Source of the DNA: Myxococcota bacterium
Lineage (GTDB): Bacteria > Myxococcota_A > SURF-8
Direction: 5' to 3'
DNA length: 64,000 nucleotides
NCBI GenBank assembly: GCA_965140415.1
Contig: OZ223209.1
Coordinates: 4,480,001 to 4,544,000, forward strand
Below the pieces are notes generated by a model, which was not told where the DNA came from, did not search any database, and was given only the letters and a program-made list of their open reading frames with translations. Made by a program: the position numbers and the translations under genes. The first letter of the stretch is position 1. Every line of letters starts with the position of its first letter. Of the stretch, positions 36,287 to 45,878 are shown one piece after another.

Positions 36287-38692
36287 CTAACTGCCCGACA
36301 AGTATCGGACATAACGAACGTTAACGGATTTCGGATCCAGCCGGTAAGCCATCCGAGCATATACTTTCGCTTGATCCAACTCTCCCTGTCGGGTGGACAA
36401 TAACGCCATCAATGCCAACATGTTGGCATCGGTGCCATACGAATCGATCAAGCGCTGCAAACGCCGAAGCGCATCTGCCGATTTCCCTTCTTTGTCCAAA
36501 ATCGAACAGAGCACTCGGTTACCCAGTGGATCGTTACGATTCTTTTTCAACACATTGGCAAGATAACGACGAGCTTTAGATGTTTTATCCCGTTGCAGGT
36601 AGGCAAACGCCAAGTACAAATTGGCTTTGGGATGCATGGGAACGTTTTTCAGAATTTTTTCGAAGCTCTCGATCGATTCTTCGAACGCTCTGAAATGATA
36701 TTGCACCAACCCTTCAATGAAATACTTGTAATCATTATCGATTTCGTTCTCATCGACGGCGCTTAAGCGGGTAACGAGATCTTTTTGGAAGTAGTCGAAA
36801 TCGGTAAAGAGATTGACATCCGGATTGTTCAGCCAATGATCCGGTTCGTAGCCCATCAAGGTTTCAAGAGTCGTAAAGGCTTTGCGCGTATTCAAGGCAT
36901 CCAGATACATGGTGGTCAAAATGAACGTGGCCGGTCGATAACTCGAATCGGCTTGAATGGCACGTTGGAAATGTTCCATTGCGGATTTCAAGTCCCCGTT
37001 ACGACGCTCCAATTCCCCCATAAGCGTCCAGATTTCCGGCTGCTCCGGATAATCCAGCAACATGGCGTTGAGTAATCGCAAACCCTGTTCGACATCGGCA
37101 GGTGCAAGATCTCCCTGCAAGGTGCGAGTCATGACATACTGGTACCGACTATCCACATCATCCGGTCCAAGCTGGAACGCTTTCTCGGCGGCACGACGGG
37201 CTTGATCCCGCTTTTCATCCAATATGGAATAATGACTGATGGCCGCCCAGTATTGCACACGATCCGATTGACTGTAGCGCTCGACCTGTCCAGGCGGCAG
37301 GCTTTGCAGAATATTCAAACATTCTCGTATAGGCTCACCGGAGGCCCAGGCCACATGAGCCAAGCCAAGCAAACCGGCAACATCGCTGGGACGGGTTTCC
37401 TTTAAACGCGAATAGCTTTCCTTTGCTTTTTCGAATGCTCCGATGGATTCGTAAAACCGTCCCAGATCCTGGCACATGGCACAAGCACTTGGGTCGATTT
37501 CATCGCGCAGTTTCATAACCAGTTCCGCCTCGGCCAATTCGCCCAGGGCTAAATAGGCTTTCGAAAGCGGTCGGATCACCATGATCGGATATCCCGGTTT
37601 CGTAATGACCGGAGCCAGCAAATCCACAGCACGCTGTGGATCGGTGCCGATCAGCGTTTCCGCCAGCAATTCCATGTTTTCGATATTCGACGGCTCCAGC
37701 TTGCGGGCGATTTCCGCTTCCGCCTGTGCTTTGCTGCGCTGTTCCAAAGCCAGAAATACTCTTCCGCGAGCGCGATGTAATGCCACATGATCGGGCAAGA
37801 GGGTAAAGCCGTGTTCGATGAGATCAAGCAGGTTACGCAGATAGCGCAGATCCTTTGTTTTCTGCGGCAACAACATGCCGCTTTCGATGTATCTGGCGAT
37901 CAGTTCCGGGTTGTTCGGCATCAAAATCAAGGCTTTGCCGAACAATGTCTGCGCATTACGATACCCATCGGGCAAGTCGCGCTTGAATTGCATTTCCGCC
38001 TGCTTGGCAAACTGCAAGGCATCGCCTGCGGGGCGTCCCTGTCGCGCTTCCAATTCAGCGAGGAAACGCTCGCCTTTTGTGAACTCCGTCTTTTCAGCTT
38101 TGGGTGGAGGATAGGCAATCAATAGCAGATCGGGCAAGAAAACATAGACCCCACCGGCTAGAACCAACGCCGCGAGAAAGATCAAACCCCAAGTCGTCCA
38201 AGAAATCTCACTACGCCCACCGAAGACAGGAGCGGAGACTTGCGTATGCGTCGCACTGCGAATGTCTCCCGTGCGCCGCCTGGAGCGTTGCATGGTTTCG
38301 ATACTTTGTACACCCGATGACGGCTCCAGATCCCGATTCAATTCTTCTTTGATGCGGTCCACCCCGATCTTCGACGAACCTTCGGTAGAAGCAGGCATCG
38401 ACGAGGCCGGCTGCTTTGCTGGCGGTCCGCCTAGCGACTCGAACTGCGCAGAGCTGTTGGGAGTACTTGAAACCGGCTTTGGAGATGTCGCCAAATCGAG
38501 AGAAGCAGAGGAACGCCCTTGCTTGGCTTCAGGTTCATACCTCGAAACGAAAAACACCGGTTCCGGGGAGTTGGGATCCTGTTCCAGCAGATTCTTAGCC
38601 TGACAGGCCGGACATTTAACAATCGCCCGTTTTTGGATCTTGGCTTCGTTGAATTTGAATTTCGCACCGCAGGTTTTGCAACTTGCTATCAT
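36287..38692 (-). CDS. Zinc-ribbon, single-TM, TPR-repeat protein
   Basis: CKTC...CPAC N-terminus, linker, TM segment, multiple TPR-like helices. Confidence 0.8.
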   Translation of the reverse strand: MIASCKTCGAKFKFNEAKIQKRAIVKCPACQAKNLLEQDPNSPEPVFFVSRYEPEAKQGRSSASLDLATSPKPVSSTPNSSAQFESLGGPPAKQPASSMPASTEGSSKIGVDRIKEELNRDLEPSSGVQSIETMQRSRRRTGDIRSATHTQVSAPVFGGRSEISWTTWGLIFLAALVLAGGVYVFLPDLLLIAYPPPKAEKTEFTKGERFLAELEARQGRPAGDALQFAKQAEMQFKRDLPDGYRNAQTLFGKALILMPNNPELIARYIESGMLLPQKTKDLRYLRNLLDLIEHGFTLLPDHVALHRARGRVFLALEQRSKAQAEAEIARKLEPSNIENMELLAETLIGTDPQRAVDLLAPVITKPGYPIMVIRPLSKAYLALGELAEAELVMKLRDEIDPSACAMCQDLGRFYESIGAFEKAKESYSRLKETRPSDVAGLLGLAHVAWASGEPIRECLNILQSLPPGQVERYSQSDRVQYWAAISHYSILDEKRDQARRAAEKAFQLGPDDVDSRYQYVMTRTLQGDLAPADVEQGLRLLNAMLLDYPEQPEIWTLMGELERRNGDLKSAMEHFQRAIQADSSYRPATFILTTMYLDALNTRKAFTTLETLMGYEPDHWLNNPDVNLFTDFDYFQKDLVTRLSAVDENEIDNDYKYFIEGLVQYHFRAFEESIESFEKILKNVPMHPKANLYLAFAYLQRDKTSKARRYLANVLKKNRNDPLGNRVLCSILDKEGKSADALRRLQRLIDSYGTDANMLALMALLSTRQGELDQAKVYARMAYRLDPKSVNVRYVRYLSGS

Positions 38693-38877
38693 GATTCTCG
38701 CACCGTCCCTTCGGATCCACACCCGGTTAGGCAATCCGAGATCCATCCCCCCCGCAACAGCTACGGCAGGTAAAACTTATGGGATCGAATCTCGCGACGT
38801 TCCGCGGTTCTTGCGGTGCGACATTTTACTCACAGCAGAAGGAAAACGTCAATCCCCCGACAACAAAAAATTGCACT

Positions 38878-39354
38878 TTATAGAATGAAATCTTTCAGGT
38901 TGTTCTTGCGGGTCTGGTGACGCAGCTTGTTCAAGCCCTTCACTTCGACCTGGCGAATACGCTCACGGGTCAGATTGAGGATTTCTCCAACCTCTTCGAG
39001 CGTGATGCCGCCGCGATCGGCGACATCCAGGGCGCAAGTTTCTTTCATTTCCCAGACTTCTTTTTCCGGGAAATTGAACTTGATCGATCCGGTTTCCATA
39101 TTGACATCGAGATATAGGTGATGCTTGCAGGAAACGAACATGCAGGGGCGCTGCCGGTTCTGGCAATCATCTCGATCTCTTGGCCGCATGTAGTCTACAA
39201 GCTGAATTAATTCAGCCATTTCAGGGTCTTCATTCTGGGCCTTCAACTCTTCCAGTTCGATACGAGTCAAGTTCGCTTTGCGCTTGAAACTCTTGGAAGA
39301 AGAGCTACTACGCTTGACCGGCTTCTGGAAATCGAGATTTTCGTGAACTTTCAT
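38878..39354 (-). CDS. Stand-alone sigma70 region-4 HTH protein with Cys/His cluster
   Basis: [33 protein letters not shown]...TC. Confidence 0.82.
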   Translation of the reverse strand: MKVHENLDFQKPVKRSSSSSKSFKRKANLTRIELEELKAQNEDPEMAELIQLVDYMRPRDRDDCQNRQRPCMFVSCKHHLYLDVNMETGSIKFNFPEKEVWEMKETCALDVADRGGITLEEVGEILNLTRERIRQVEVKGLNKLRHQTRKNNLKDFIL

Positions 39355-39442
39355 TTGGCAACTCCTGCATTAACCTCACAGGGACGTTTTACGTTTTTTT
39401 GTCACGATGTCAATACCCAAATGTGGGTTTTGCAAAAAAAGA

Positions 39443-39937
39443 CTAAACGAGGAACGTATTTTCCAATCTTTCCAGAGTGGAAATCACCCGACTGAGGTTC
39501 TTGGTAACCAGTTCGATATCACGATTCAGCTGAACTTCGTTGCGATCTTTTTTGCCTTTGGCTTCGATATTTTCGCTCAGTTCGCCGGAAACTTCGTTCA
39601 CCACGCGCCGGGCTTCTTCCATTTTCTGGCGCATGGAAAAATACGAACCTTTGAGCTGTTCCAGTGTCAAGTCGCCCGAAATCATTTTTTTGATGGTGTT
39701 GATGCGCTCGATGGTGGTAACCGGATACAGGCCGCGCGAACCGCGATGCTTGCCCTTTTGGCCGACACGACGGCAGCGTTCTACCAGACCCATCTGCACG
39801 TATTTACGGAAAGTGGCTTCACTGAACTTGATGCCGCGACTTTTAAAGATATCCACAATCTCTACGGAAGATAGACCATTAGGATGCTTTTCGTTGATCT
39901 TCTTGATCTCAGCCTTCGTCAATAACTGTCCCATCAC
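39443..39937 (-). CDS. MerR-like winged-HTH DNA-binding protein
   Basis: SEATFRKYVQMGLV...GLYP followed by a coiled coil; GGAGG RBS. Confidence 0.7.
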   Translation of the reverse strand: MMGQLLTKAEIKKINEKHPNGLSSVEIVDIFKSRGIKFSEATFRKYVQMGLVERCRRVGQKGKHRGSRGLYPVTTIERINTIKKMISGDLTLEQLKGSYFSMRQKMEEARRVVNEVSGELSENIEAKGKKDRNEVQLNRDIELVTKNLSRVISTLERLENTFLV

Positions 39938-39970
39938 CTTAACCTCCTTGGCATTCAGAATGATACACTG

Positions 39971-39999
39971 ACTGTACCCCAGCTTTTTATAATTGTCAA
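39971..39999 (-). promoter_or_regulatory. Sigma70 promoter with AT-rich upstream region
   Basis: Minus strand TTGACA-17 bp-TACAGT. Confidence 0.65.
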
Positions 40000-40228
40000 T
40001 AATTTTGTAGTAACTATTTTATATTTTCTATAATTTTATATAATTTAGCTTAACCAAACTTGGTATTTTCAGTGTATCTACAAGTACTTAACAAATTCCG
40101 CCCCTAAGACAATATTTTCAAAAAAAAGCGCAGCGAGTACAAAATATTGAATATCGACGCATCGGACCAAGACAATTTCCCAAATTTTCGTGATGTTCCA
40201 TGCGCTGTAAACAGATCCATAACTACCC

Positions 40229-40284
40229 CAGGATTGCAATCCTGATCCGAAATATTACGTGCGGGATTGCAATCCTGATCCATC
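40229..40284. repeat. REP-like double palindrome (GGATTGCAATCC x2)
   Basis: GGATTGCAATCCTGATCC at 40231 and 40264. Confidence 0.7.
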
Positions 40285-40289
40285 AAAAG

Positions 40290-40382
40290 CCGTGTCTAAC
40301 CTATTGAAGACACACAGCCTTCCACGATCTTCGATCGCGTAAGACTATGCCACAAATTCACAGGATCTGTGGCTGAATATGA
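40290..40382 (-). repeat. 93-bp structured dispersed repeat, copy 2
   Basis: 83/93 identical to 32963-33055. Confidence 0.85.
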
Positions 40383-40405
40383 TTAAGAACCGGTATAGGA
40401 GAACG

Positions 40406-41692
40406 TTACTTCAGATAGATTTCCGGGTTGGCTCCGGGAACTAAAAAGACGATTTCTTTGTGTGGCGTTTCCTGCTCGGACAGGGGCATGAAGGTGATGA
40501 CGTGCCGTCCTGGCGGCAGTTTCAATTGCAACGGTGTTTTACCGGCTTTGCGATCATCCACCCAGACATCGCGGTCGGGTTTGGCATCGATGGGCAGCAA
40601 AGCATGGGGACCGAGCAATTCCAATATTGGCGTTTGACTGTCAAGCGACGACGATACCTGCTCGATGTCGTTGGGAGATGAAATCCGCCAGATGGAAACC
40701 AGCGCAGCAAGCAATAACGCGACCGTCAGCAATATCGCTACAGGGGCAATCTTCGTTGCAGATCGGGACGAAGCTGGCTCTTGCTTCGAGCTTTTCTTTG
40801 TTTGCGGCAAAGGAACGGTTTTACGAGCGGAACCCGTGTTGCCGGGAACCATCGTCAGGCTCTGTTCCACCCGCTGTCCCAATTCCCGCCGCAAATCCAT
40901 TTCGGGCTGCATCAACAAGGGACGCAGTCCAGCCGCAGCAGTCGCAGCCGATGTCGGTCTTTTTTGTCGATCCGTCTCGACCATGCTTTTCAGCACATGC
41001 GCCAACCGGCCTCCACCACGCTCTTTAAGGCTTTCCAATGCCGCTTTACGTTCTTCCCGTCCCTCCAGTTCGGGACGTCCGCCCAGCGCCAACTCGATCA
41101 GCACCAGCCCCAGACTATACAAATCACTTTCGGGGCCCTCCTGCTCACCTTGCTTGCGCTCCGGTGCGGCGTAGCGCCAGTTGCCACGCGCCTGAGTTTT
41201 ATTCTGCGACGAATTGATTCTACCGGCTACACCGAAATCAGCCAGTCGCACGAATCCATGCCGATCGATCAACAGGTTTTGCGGGCTGATATCCCGATGC
41301 AAGACCGCTCCGTCAGGACGATCGTGCAAATAGGCCAAGCCATCCAGCGCCTGTACACCGATCAATGCAACCAGCGCTTCGGCAAGCGCACGCTCTCCCA
41401 ATCGACCAGCATCCACCCCATCGATGTATTCCATAACCAGCAGACGCTCAGACCCTGCCTGCTCGAAACCATAGAATTGAACCAGATTGGGGTGGCGCAG
41501 ATTCAAGGCCAGTTCCGCCTCACGCGTGAACAAACGCAACAGCTCGGGATCGCGCTCCAATTCCGGTAGAATGCGTTTGACAACCAACGTCTTGGCCAGA
41601 CCATCCGCACCCGGCTTCTCTGCGAGGTAAACCTCGGCCATGCCTCCCCGCCCCAGTTGACGCAATAGCCGATAGGATCCGAGTGTCTTCAT
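40406..41692 (-). CDS. Hanks-type Ser/Thr protein kinase with TM and PEGA-like C-terminus
   Basis: LGRGGMAEVY, VVKR, HRDISPQN, DFG, YAAPE, DLYSLG. Confidence 0.92.
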   Translation of the reverse strand: MKTLGSYRLLRQLGRGGMAEVYLAEKPGADGLAKTLVVKRILPELERDPELLRLFTREAELALNLRHPNLVQFYGFEQAGSERLLVMEYIDGVDAGRLGERALAEALVALIGVQALDGLAYLHDRPDGAVLHRDISPQNLLIDRHGFVRLADFGVAGRINSSQNKTQARGNWRYAAPERKQGEQEGPESDLYSLGLVLIELALGGRPELEGREERKAALESLKERGGGRLAHVLKSMVETDRQKRPTSAATAAAGLRPLLMQPEMDLRRELGQRVEQSLTMVPGNTGSARKTVPLPQTKKSSKQEPASSRSATKIAPVAILLTVALLLAALVSIWRISSPNDIEQVSSSLDSQTPILELLGPHALLPIDAKPDRDVWVDDRKAGKTPLQLKLPPGRHVITFMPLSEQETPHKEIVFLVPGANPEIYLK

Positions 41693-41708
41693 GAAAACAC
41701 CATTTCGC

Positions 41709-42878
41709 TTAATAGAGCCGCACGTGCCGGCACAGATCTTTAAAAGCTCCTGCCGCTTCCATGCCATATTCTCTGAAGTAGGCTTGCTTTTCCCCTCGCT
41801 CTATGGCGACACGAAGCTCGGAATTTCCAAACAGCAGGTCGATGGCCAGACGATCCGAAACGAATTCGTAGGTCTCGCGCCGCCAGTCGAAATCGGACCA
41901 GATTTCACGGGCGTGCCGCAGAATGAGGGTGTACGTAAGCCAGGGGAGGAAGGTATTCCGATCCGTAACATGCACCTGCAATCCTCGGCAGGTTTGACCG
42001 GAAAACTTGTGGAAGGTCGGTATAAAGGCCGTTTCACGAAACGCCACGCCTGGCAGCGTTTCCGCGTTCATTCGCTTCAATAACTCGGAAGCATTCAAAC
42101 CGGGCGCGCCGAACAACTCGAAAGGACGTGTCGTTCCGCGCCCCTCCGACAAGTTGGTTCCCTCCAATAAACATCCGCCGGGATATACCAGCGCCGTATC
42201 CAAGGTAGGCATGTTCGGCGACGGCAATACCCAGGGCAAACCGGTTTCATCGAAATACATGTTTCGCCGATAACCGGACATGGTCAGCACCTGCAACTCG
42301 GCCCCGATACCGAACTCATCGTTGGCCAGTGTTGCCAGTTCACCGACCGTCAACCCATGACGCACCGGAATCGGAAAATAACCGACGAAGGAACGCATGG
42401 CATCTTCAAGAACCGGACCTTCCTGTTGCAGACTCCCAATCGGATTGGGACGGTCCAACACCATTACAGCAACACCGACCTCTTTGGCGCGCTGCATGCA
42501 GAATGCCAGTGTATTGAAATACGTATAGTAACGCGAGCCGACATCCTGGATGTCCGCGACCAGCAGATCAACACCTTCGAAGTCGGAGGTCTCAGGCCAG
42601 AGCGATTCGAAAGAATCCCCATAGAGATTGACAACCGGCACCCGCTCGCGTCGTTCGCCTCTGTCCAAACCGATCTGATCCTGCTCCGTTCCGAACAGAC
42701 CGTGCTCGGGTGCGAAAATACGCACTAATTCCACATTTGGGGCTTGTTGAAACAGATTGATGATGTGCCGAAACTGTCGATCGATGCTGGGCTGATGTGC
42801 TAGAACCGCGACTCGTTTCCCTTGTAACGGCTCAAAGTCTACAGATACAAGCTTGTCCAGTCCGCTTTGAACCGACAC
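41709..42878 (-). CDS. DUF1343 / exo-beta-N-acetylmuramidase NamZ family
   Basis: FAPEHG, DIQDVGSRYYTY, LDRPNP, PSPNMP, SEGRGTTRPFE. Confidence 0.9.
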   Translation of the reverse strand: MSVQSGLDKLVSVDFEPLQGKRVAVLAHQPSIDRQFRHIINLFQQAPNVELVRIFAPEHGLFGTEQDQIGLDRGERRERVPVVNLYGDSFESLWPETSDFEGVDLLVADIQDVGSRYYTYFNTLAFCMQRAKEVGVAVMVLDRPNPIGSLQQEGPVLEDAMRSFVGYFPIPVRHGLTVGELATLANDEFGIGAELQVLTMSGYRRNMYFDETGLPWVLPSPNMPTLDTALVYPGGCLLEGTNLSEGRGTTRPFELFGAPGLNASELLKRMNAETLPGVAFRETAFIPTFHKFSGQTCRGLQVHVTDRNTFLPWLTYTLILRHAREIWSDFDWRRETYEFVSDRLAIDLLFGNSELRVAIERGEKQAYFREYGMEAAGAFKDLCRHVRLY

Positions 42879-42882
42879 GGCC

Positions 42883-43728
42883 TCACTCCCGGCTGTCGTC
42901 GTCTGTTGTATCGCTATATGCTTCGGAACCGGAATCTATTACTGAACGAATGGGGCGCATTCCGGCAAGAACGCGCTCTTTCTCGCTAAAGGCGCTGATA
43001 AAGCCCTGGATCACGACAGCCATTCCGGTAACAAAGAGGAACTCTGGAAATTTTCTGACCAGAATCAGAAGGAGCATAAGGAAAAATCCAACAACTTCCA
43101 GAGCCAAGCGGGCTTTGTTCTGGCTGCTCCCGATCTTGGTCATTGGAAAGTTACTCACTTCCAAACCGCCAAGCAGCAGCAGGTAGTACGGCAATCCACG
43201 CAGCATCCATTGGAACAACGCGACATCCTTATGGGCATAGCAGGTCAGAATGCAGGTTGCGATCAAACCACCGGCAATGGTGGTCGCCATACCGATCATG
43301 TACTTGGAGCCGGGGAAAGTCGTTACATTGAAACGCGCCAGCCGCATTGCAGAAGTCAGCACGAAGAAAATCAGGGAGAAGTACAAGAAGAAGCGGTCCG
43401 CATCATCGAAAAACGGAGATACCGCCGGATCGCCGGTGCAGATCATGAAAACAAGAAAAGCCGGGGCAATGCCGAAAGCGATAAAATCCGAGAAGGAATC
43501 GAACTGAACGCCGAAATCGGAGGACGCCTTTAGGGCACGGGCGGTGGAACCGTCGAGCTTATCGAGCACGACGCTGTACATGATCACCCATCCAGCCGTT
43601 ACATAATTGTGATTGTGTGCAAAAAAGATCGAAATCAATCCCATCACCAGGCTGGTGGCGGTAATCACGTTGGGCAGGACGTACTTCGACTTGTCCCGCA
43701 ATCGACCCGTTCGAGGTTCCGTGTCCAC
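42883..43728 (-). CDS. CDP-alcohol phosphatidyltransferase (PssA-like)
   Basis: LPN..T; DKLDGSTARALKASSDFGVQFDSFSD; RLARFN. Confidence 0.88.
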   Translation of the reverse strand: MDTEPRTGRLRDKSKYVLPNVITATSLVMGLISIFFAHNHNYVTAGWVIMYSVVLDKLDGSTARALKASSDFGVQFDSFSDFIAFGIAPAFLVFMICTGDPAVSPFFDDADRFFLYFSLIFFVLTSAMRLARFNVTTFPGSKYMIGMATTIAGGLIATCILTCYAHKDVALFQWMLRGLPYYLLLLGGLEVSNFPMTKIGSSQNKARLALEVVGFFLMLLLILVRKFPEFLFVTGMAVVIQGFISAFSEKERVLAGMRPIRSVIDSGSEAYSDTTDDDSRE

Positions 43729-43739
43729 GACGTTCTCTC

Positions 43740-44570
43740 CTACAGTTGCTCGTTGAACCAGGTGATGGCCAATTCGATCACACGCTCCCGGTCGATTTCG
43801 TTGAATATCTCGTGATACAATCCTTCCAGGATCTCAAGCTTCTTGTTCGAATCATTGATTCGATTGAAAAACTCGCGCGACGTTTGCGGATCGGCGATGC
43901 GGTCGTCTCCTCCGTGGAGCAGACACAACGGCAGCGACCACTCGGCAGCATGTTGCAGACAGTACACCTGCGCATCGCTGGCTTCTACAAACCAGCGGGC
44001 ATTCACTACCTTGGGCACCATTTCATCGGAGATGTATTCCTCTACAATCGCCGCATCATGGGTGAGCAGGTGCGGATCGATCTCCGAAGCCATCGACAGT
44101 TTCGGCAACACCTTGGAGAGCAGCCGTCCCATCGTTTCTTTCCAGACCGGCACCTTGACCTTCAATCCGAGATAAGGCGAAGAGAGCAGCACGCCCTTTA
44201 ATTCCGGGTGGCGCTTCAAGCACCAGGTCGCAGCGATAAGCCCGCCCATGCTGTGACCAACCAGGAACAACGGCCCCTTCACAAAGCGTTTTTTAACCTC
44301 GGAAAAAAACAGATCGATATCCTGCAAATATTCTTCGAAATCCATCACGGCGGCACGCTGTCCCTGAGAGCGGCCATGCCCGCGATGATCGATCAGGTAA
44401 CAGTTGAAATCCTGAGCCACCAAGGCATCCACCACGTGAGCGTATCTCTGGCTGTGCTCGCAATAGCCATGCAGGATCATCACTGCGGCCTTGGGAGACT
44501 CGACCTCATGGCTCTGCGTGTAAAGTTCAACACCACCCGCGCCTTTTAAAATTCCTTCGGAATATTGCAC
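43740..44570 (-). CDS. Alpha/beta hydrolase (lysophospholipase/monoacylglycerol lipase family)
   Basis: HGYCEH, DHRGHGRS, GHSMGG, HG.DD, YHEIFNE. Confidence 0.9.
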   Translation of the reverse strand: MQYSEGILKGAGGVELYTQSHEVESPKAAVMILHGYCEHSQRYAHVVDALVAQDFNCYLIDHRGHGRSQGQRAAVMDFEEYLQDIDLFFSEVKKRFVKGPLFLVGHSMGGLIAATWCLKRHPELKGVLLSSPYLGLKVKVPVWKETMGRLLSKVLPKLSMASEIDPHLLTHDAAIVEEYISDEMVPKVVNARWFVEASDAQVYCLQHAAEWSLPLCLLHGGDDRIADPQTSREFFNRINDSNKKLEILEGLYHEIFNEIDRERVIELAITWFNEQL

Positions 44571-44596
44571 GATCGCTTCCTTTCCTGATATTTTCC

Positions 44597-45643
44597 TTAC
44601 GGCGTCACTTTTGGACGACGATATTGTTGTAACAGCTCTCTAGCCTCTTGTAACAGACGATAACCGTTTTCGCCAAGAAGTTGTTTTGCTTTATCGTATA
44701 CCCCTTTGGCTTGATGCATGTAGGCCGCCCGCTGTTCGAGCGTTAAGTCAATCATTTGAATTCCGGCCTGTTTCAATTTTTCCAACATAACCGGCTGAGT
44801 GGCGCGCACGATTTCACGACTGGATTGCATGTCGCTTTCTCGAAATTGTAAAAGCGCCTTTTTATGATCCTGTGCAAGACGATCGAAAATTTTCTTGGAG
44901 GCTAAAATCATCACCGGCTGAAACGTATGACCGGTCAGCGTGTAGTAATGGATATAATGGTAAAGCCCGGAACTATAGGTAAATAAAGGAGTATTATCGA
45001 AACCATCCACAATACCGGATTGCAGTCCGGGTGCTACTTCCACAACGTTGATCGAAACCGGGCTTGCTCCAAATTGCTTGAAGATGGCAGCATAGACTTC
45101 ACTTTGTTGACTGCGAAGGCGCAATCGTTTTAAATCCGCCGGATTTCTGATCGGCTTGTTGGCGGTAGCTAAATGCTTGAAACCATTATCTCCCCAGCCA
45201 AGCAGAACCAAGCCTTTTTCCTGTAATTTTTTGGTAACATCCTCATCCAATAGTTTTTCAATAACCAAATCGACTTCTTCATAATTATTGAATAGATAGG
45301 GCATTTCGAGCAGATTCAGTTCCGGTAAAACACTGGCAATGATGGTACTACTTACGGCAATCAGATCGACTTTCCCCATCTGACACAGGCGTAACAGCTC
45401 TTTTTCACCACCGAATTTTCCACCAAATCCGAAATCCAGTTGCAACTGCCCCTGCGTGTACTTCTTTGCATAACTATCGAAATGTCGAATGACCGTTTCC
45501 CATATCGATTTTTCCGGGGCCACCGTTCCGAATTTGAGTACAACCGTACCGGCTTGCGTTTCCGGCTGAGCCTGAATCGCCAATGCCCAGAAAGAAAGTA
45601 CACACCAGAACACAACTCCTGTAACAATCGTTCGAATGCCCAT
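44597..45643 (-). CDS. dctP: TRAP transporter substrate-binding protein
   Basis: GTVAPE, DLKRLRLR, GASPV, GLQSGIVDG; no DctQM adjacent. Confidence 0.85.
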   Translation of the reverse strand: MGIRTIVTGVVFWCVLSFWALAIQAQPETQAGTVVLKFGTVAPEKSIWETVIRHFDSYAKKYTQGQLQLDFGFGGKFGGEKELLRLCQMGKVDLIAVSSTIIASVLPELNLLEMPYLFNNYEEVDLVIEKLLDEDVTKKLQEKGLVLLGWGDNGFKHLATANKPIRNPADLKRLRLRSQQSEVYAAIFKQFGASPVSINVVEVAPGLQSGIVDGFDNTPLFTYSSGLYHYIHYYTLTGHTFQPVMILASKKIFDRLAQDHKKALLQFRESDMQSSREIVRATQPVMLEKLKQAGIQMIDLTLEQRAAYMHQAKGVYDKAKQLLGENGYRLLQEARELLQQYRRPKVTP

Positions 45644-45878
45644 CGATATCCCTGAAAAACAGTTTCAATTCCCATAGTTATAGCTAATTCCAGCTGGATC
45701 GTCAATGGATCATTTCCTTAGATCGGCAAGGGAATGAATGACAGCAAATCGGTGGGTTCACGCTGTAGCGATGCGGAAAAACAACCATCGCCGAACTGGA
45801 TTAGCGGTGCTTATTGAGAAACCGAAAAGAAATGAAAAAAGGGACTTATGGAAAACTCCAAAATATGAATGGAGCAGC

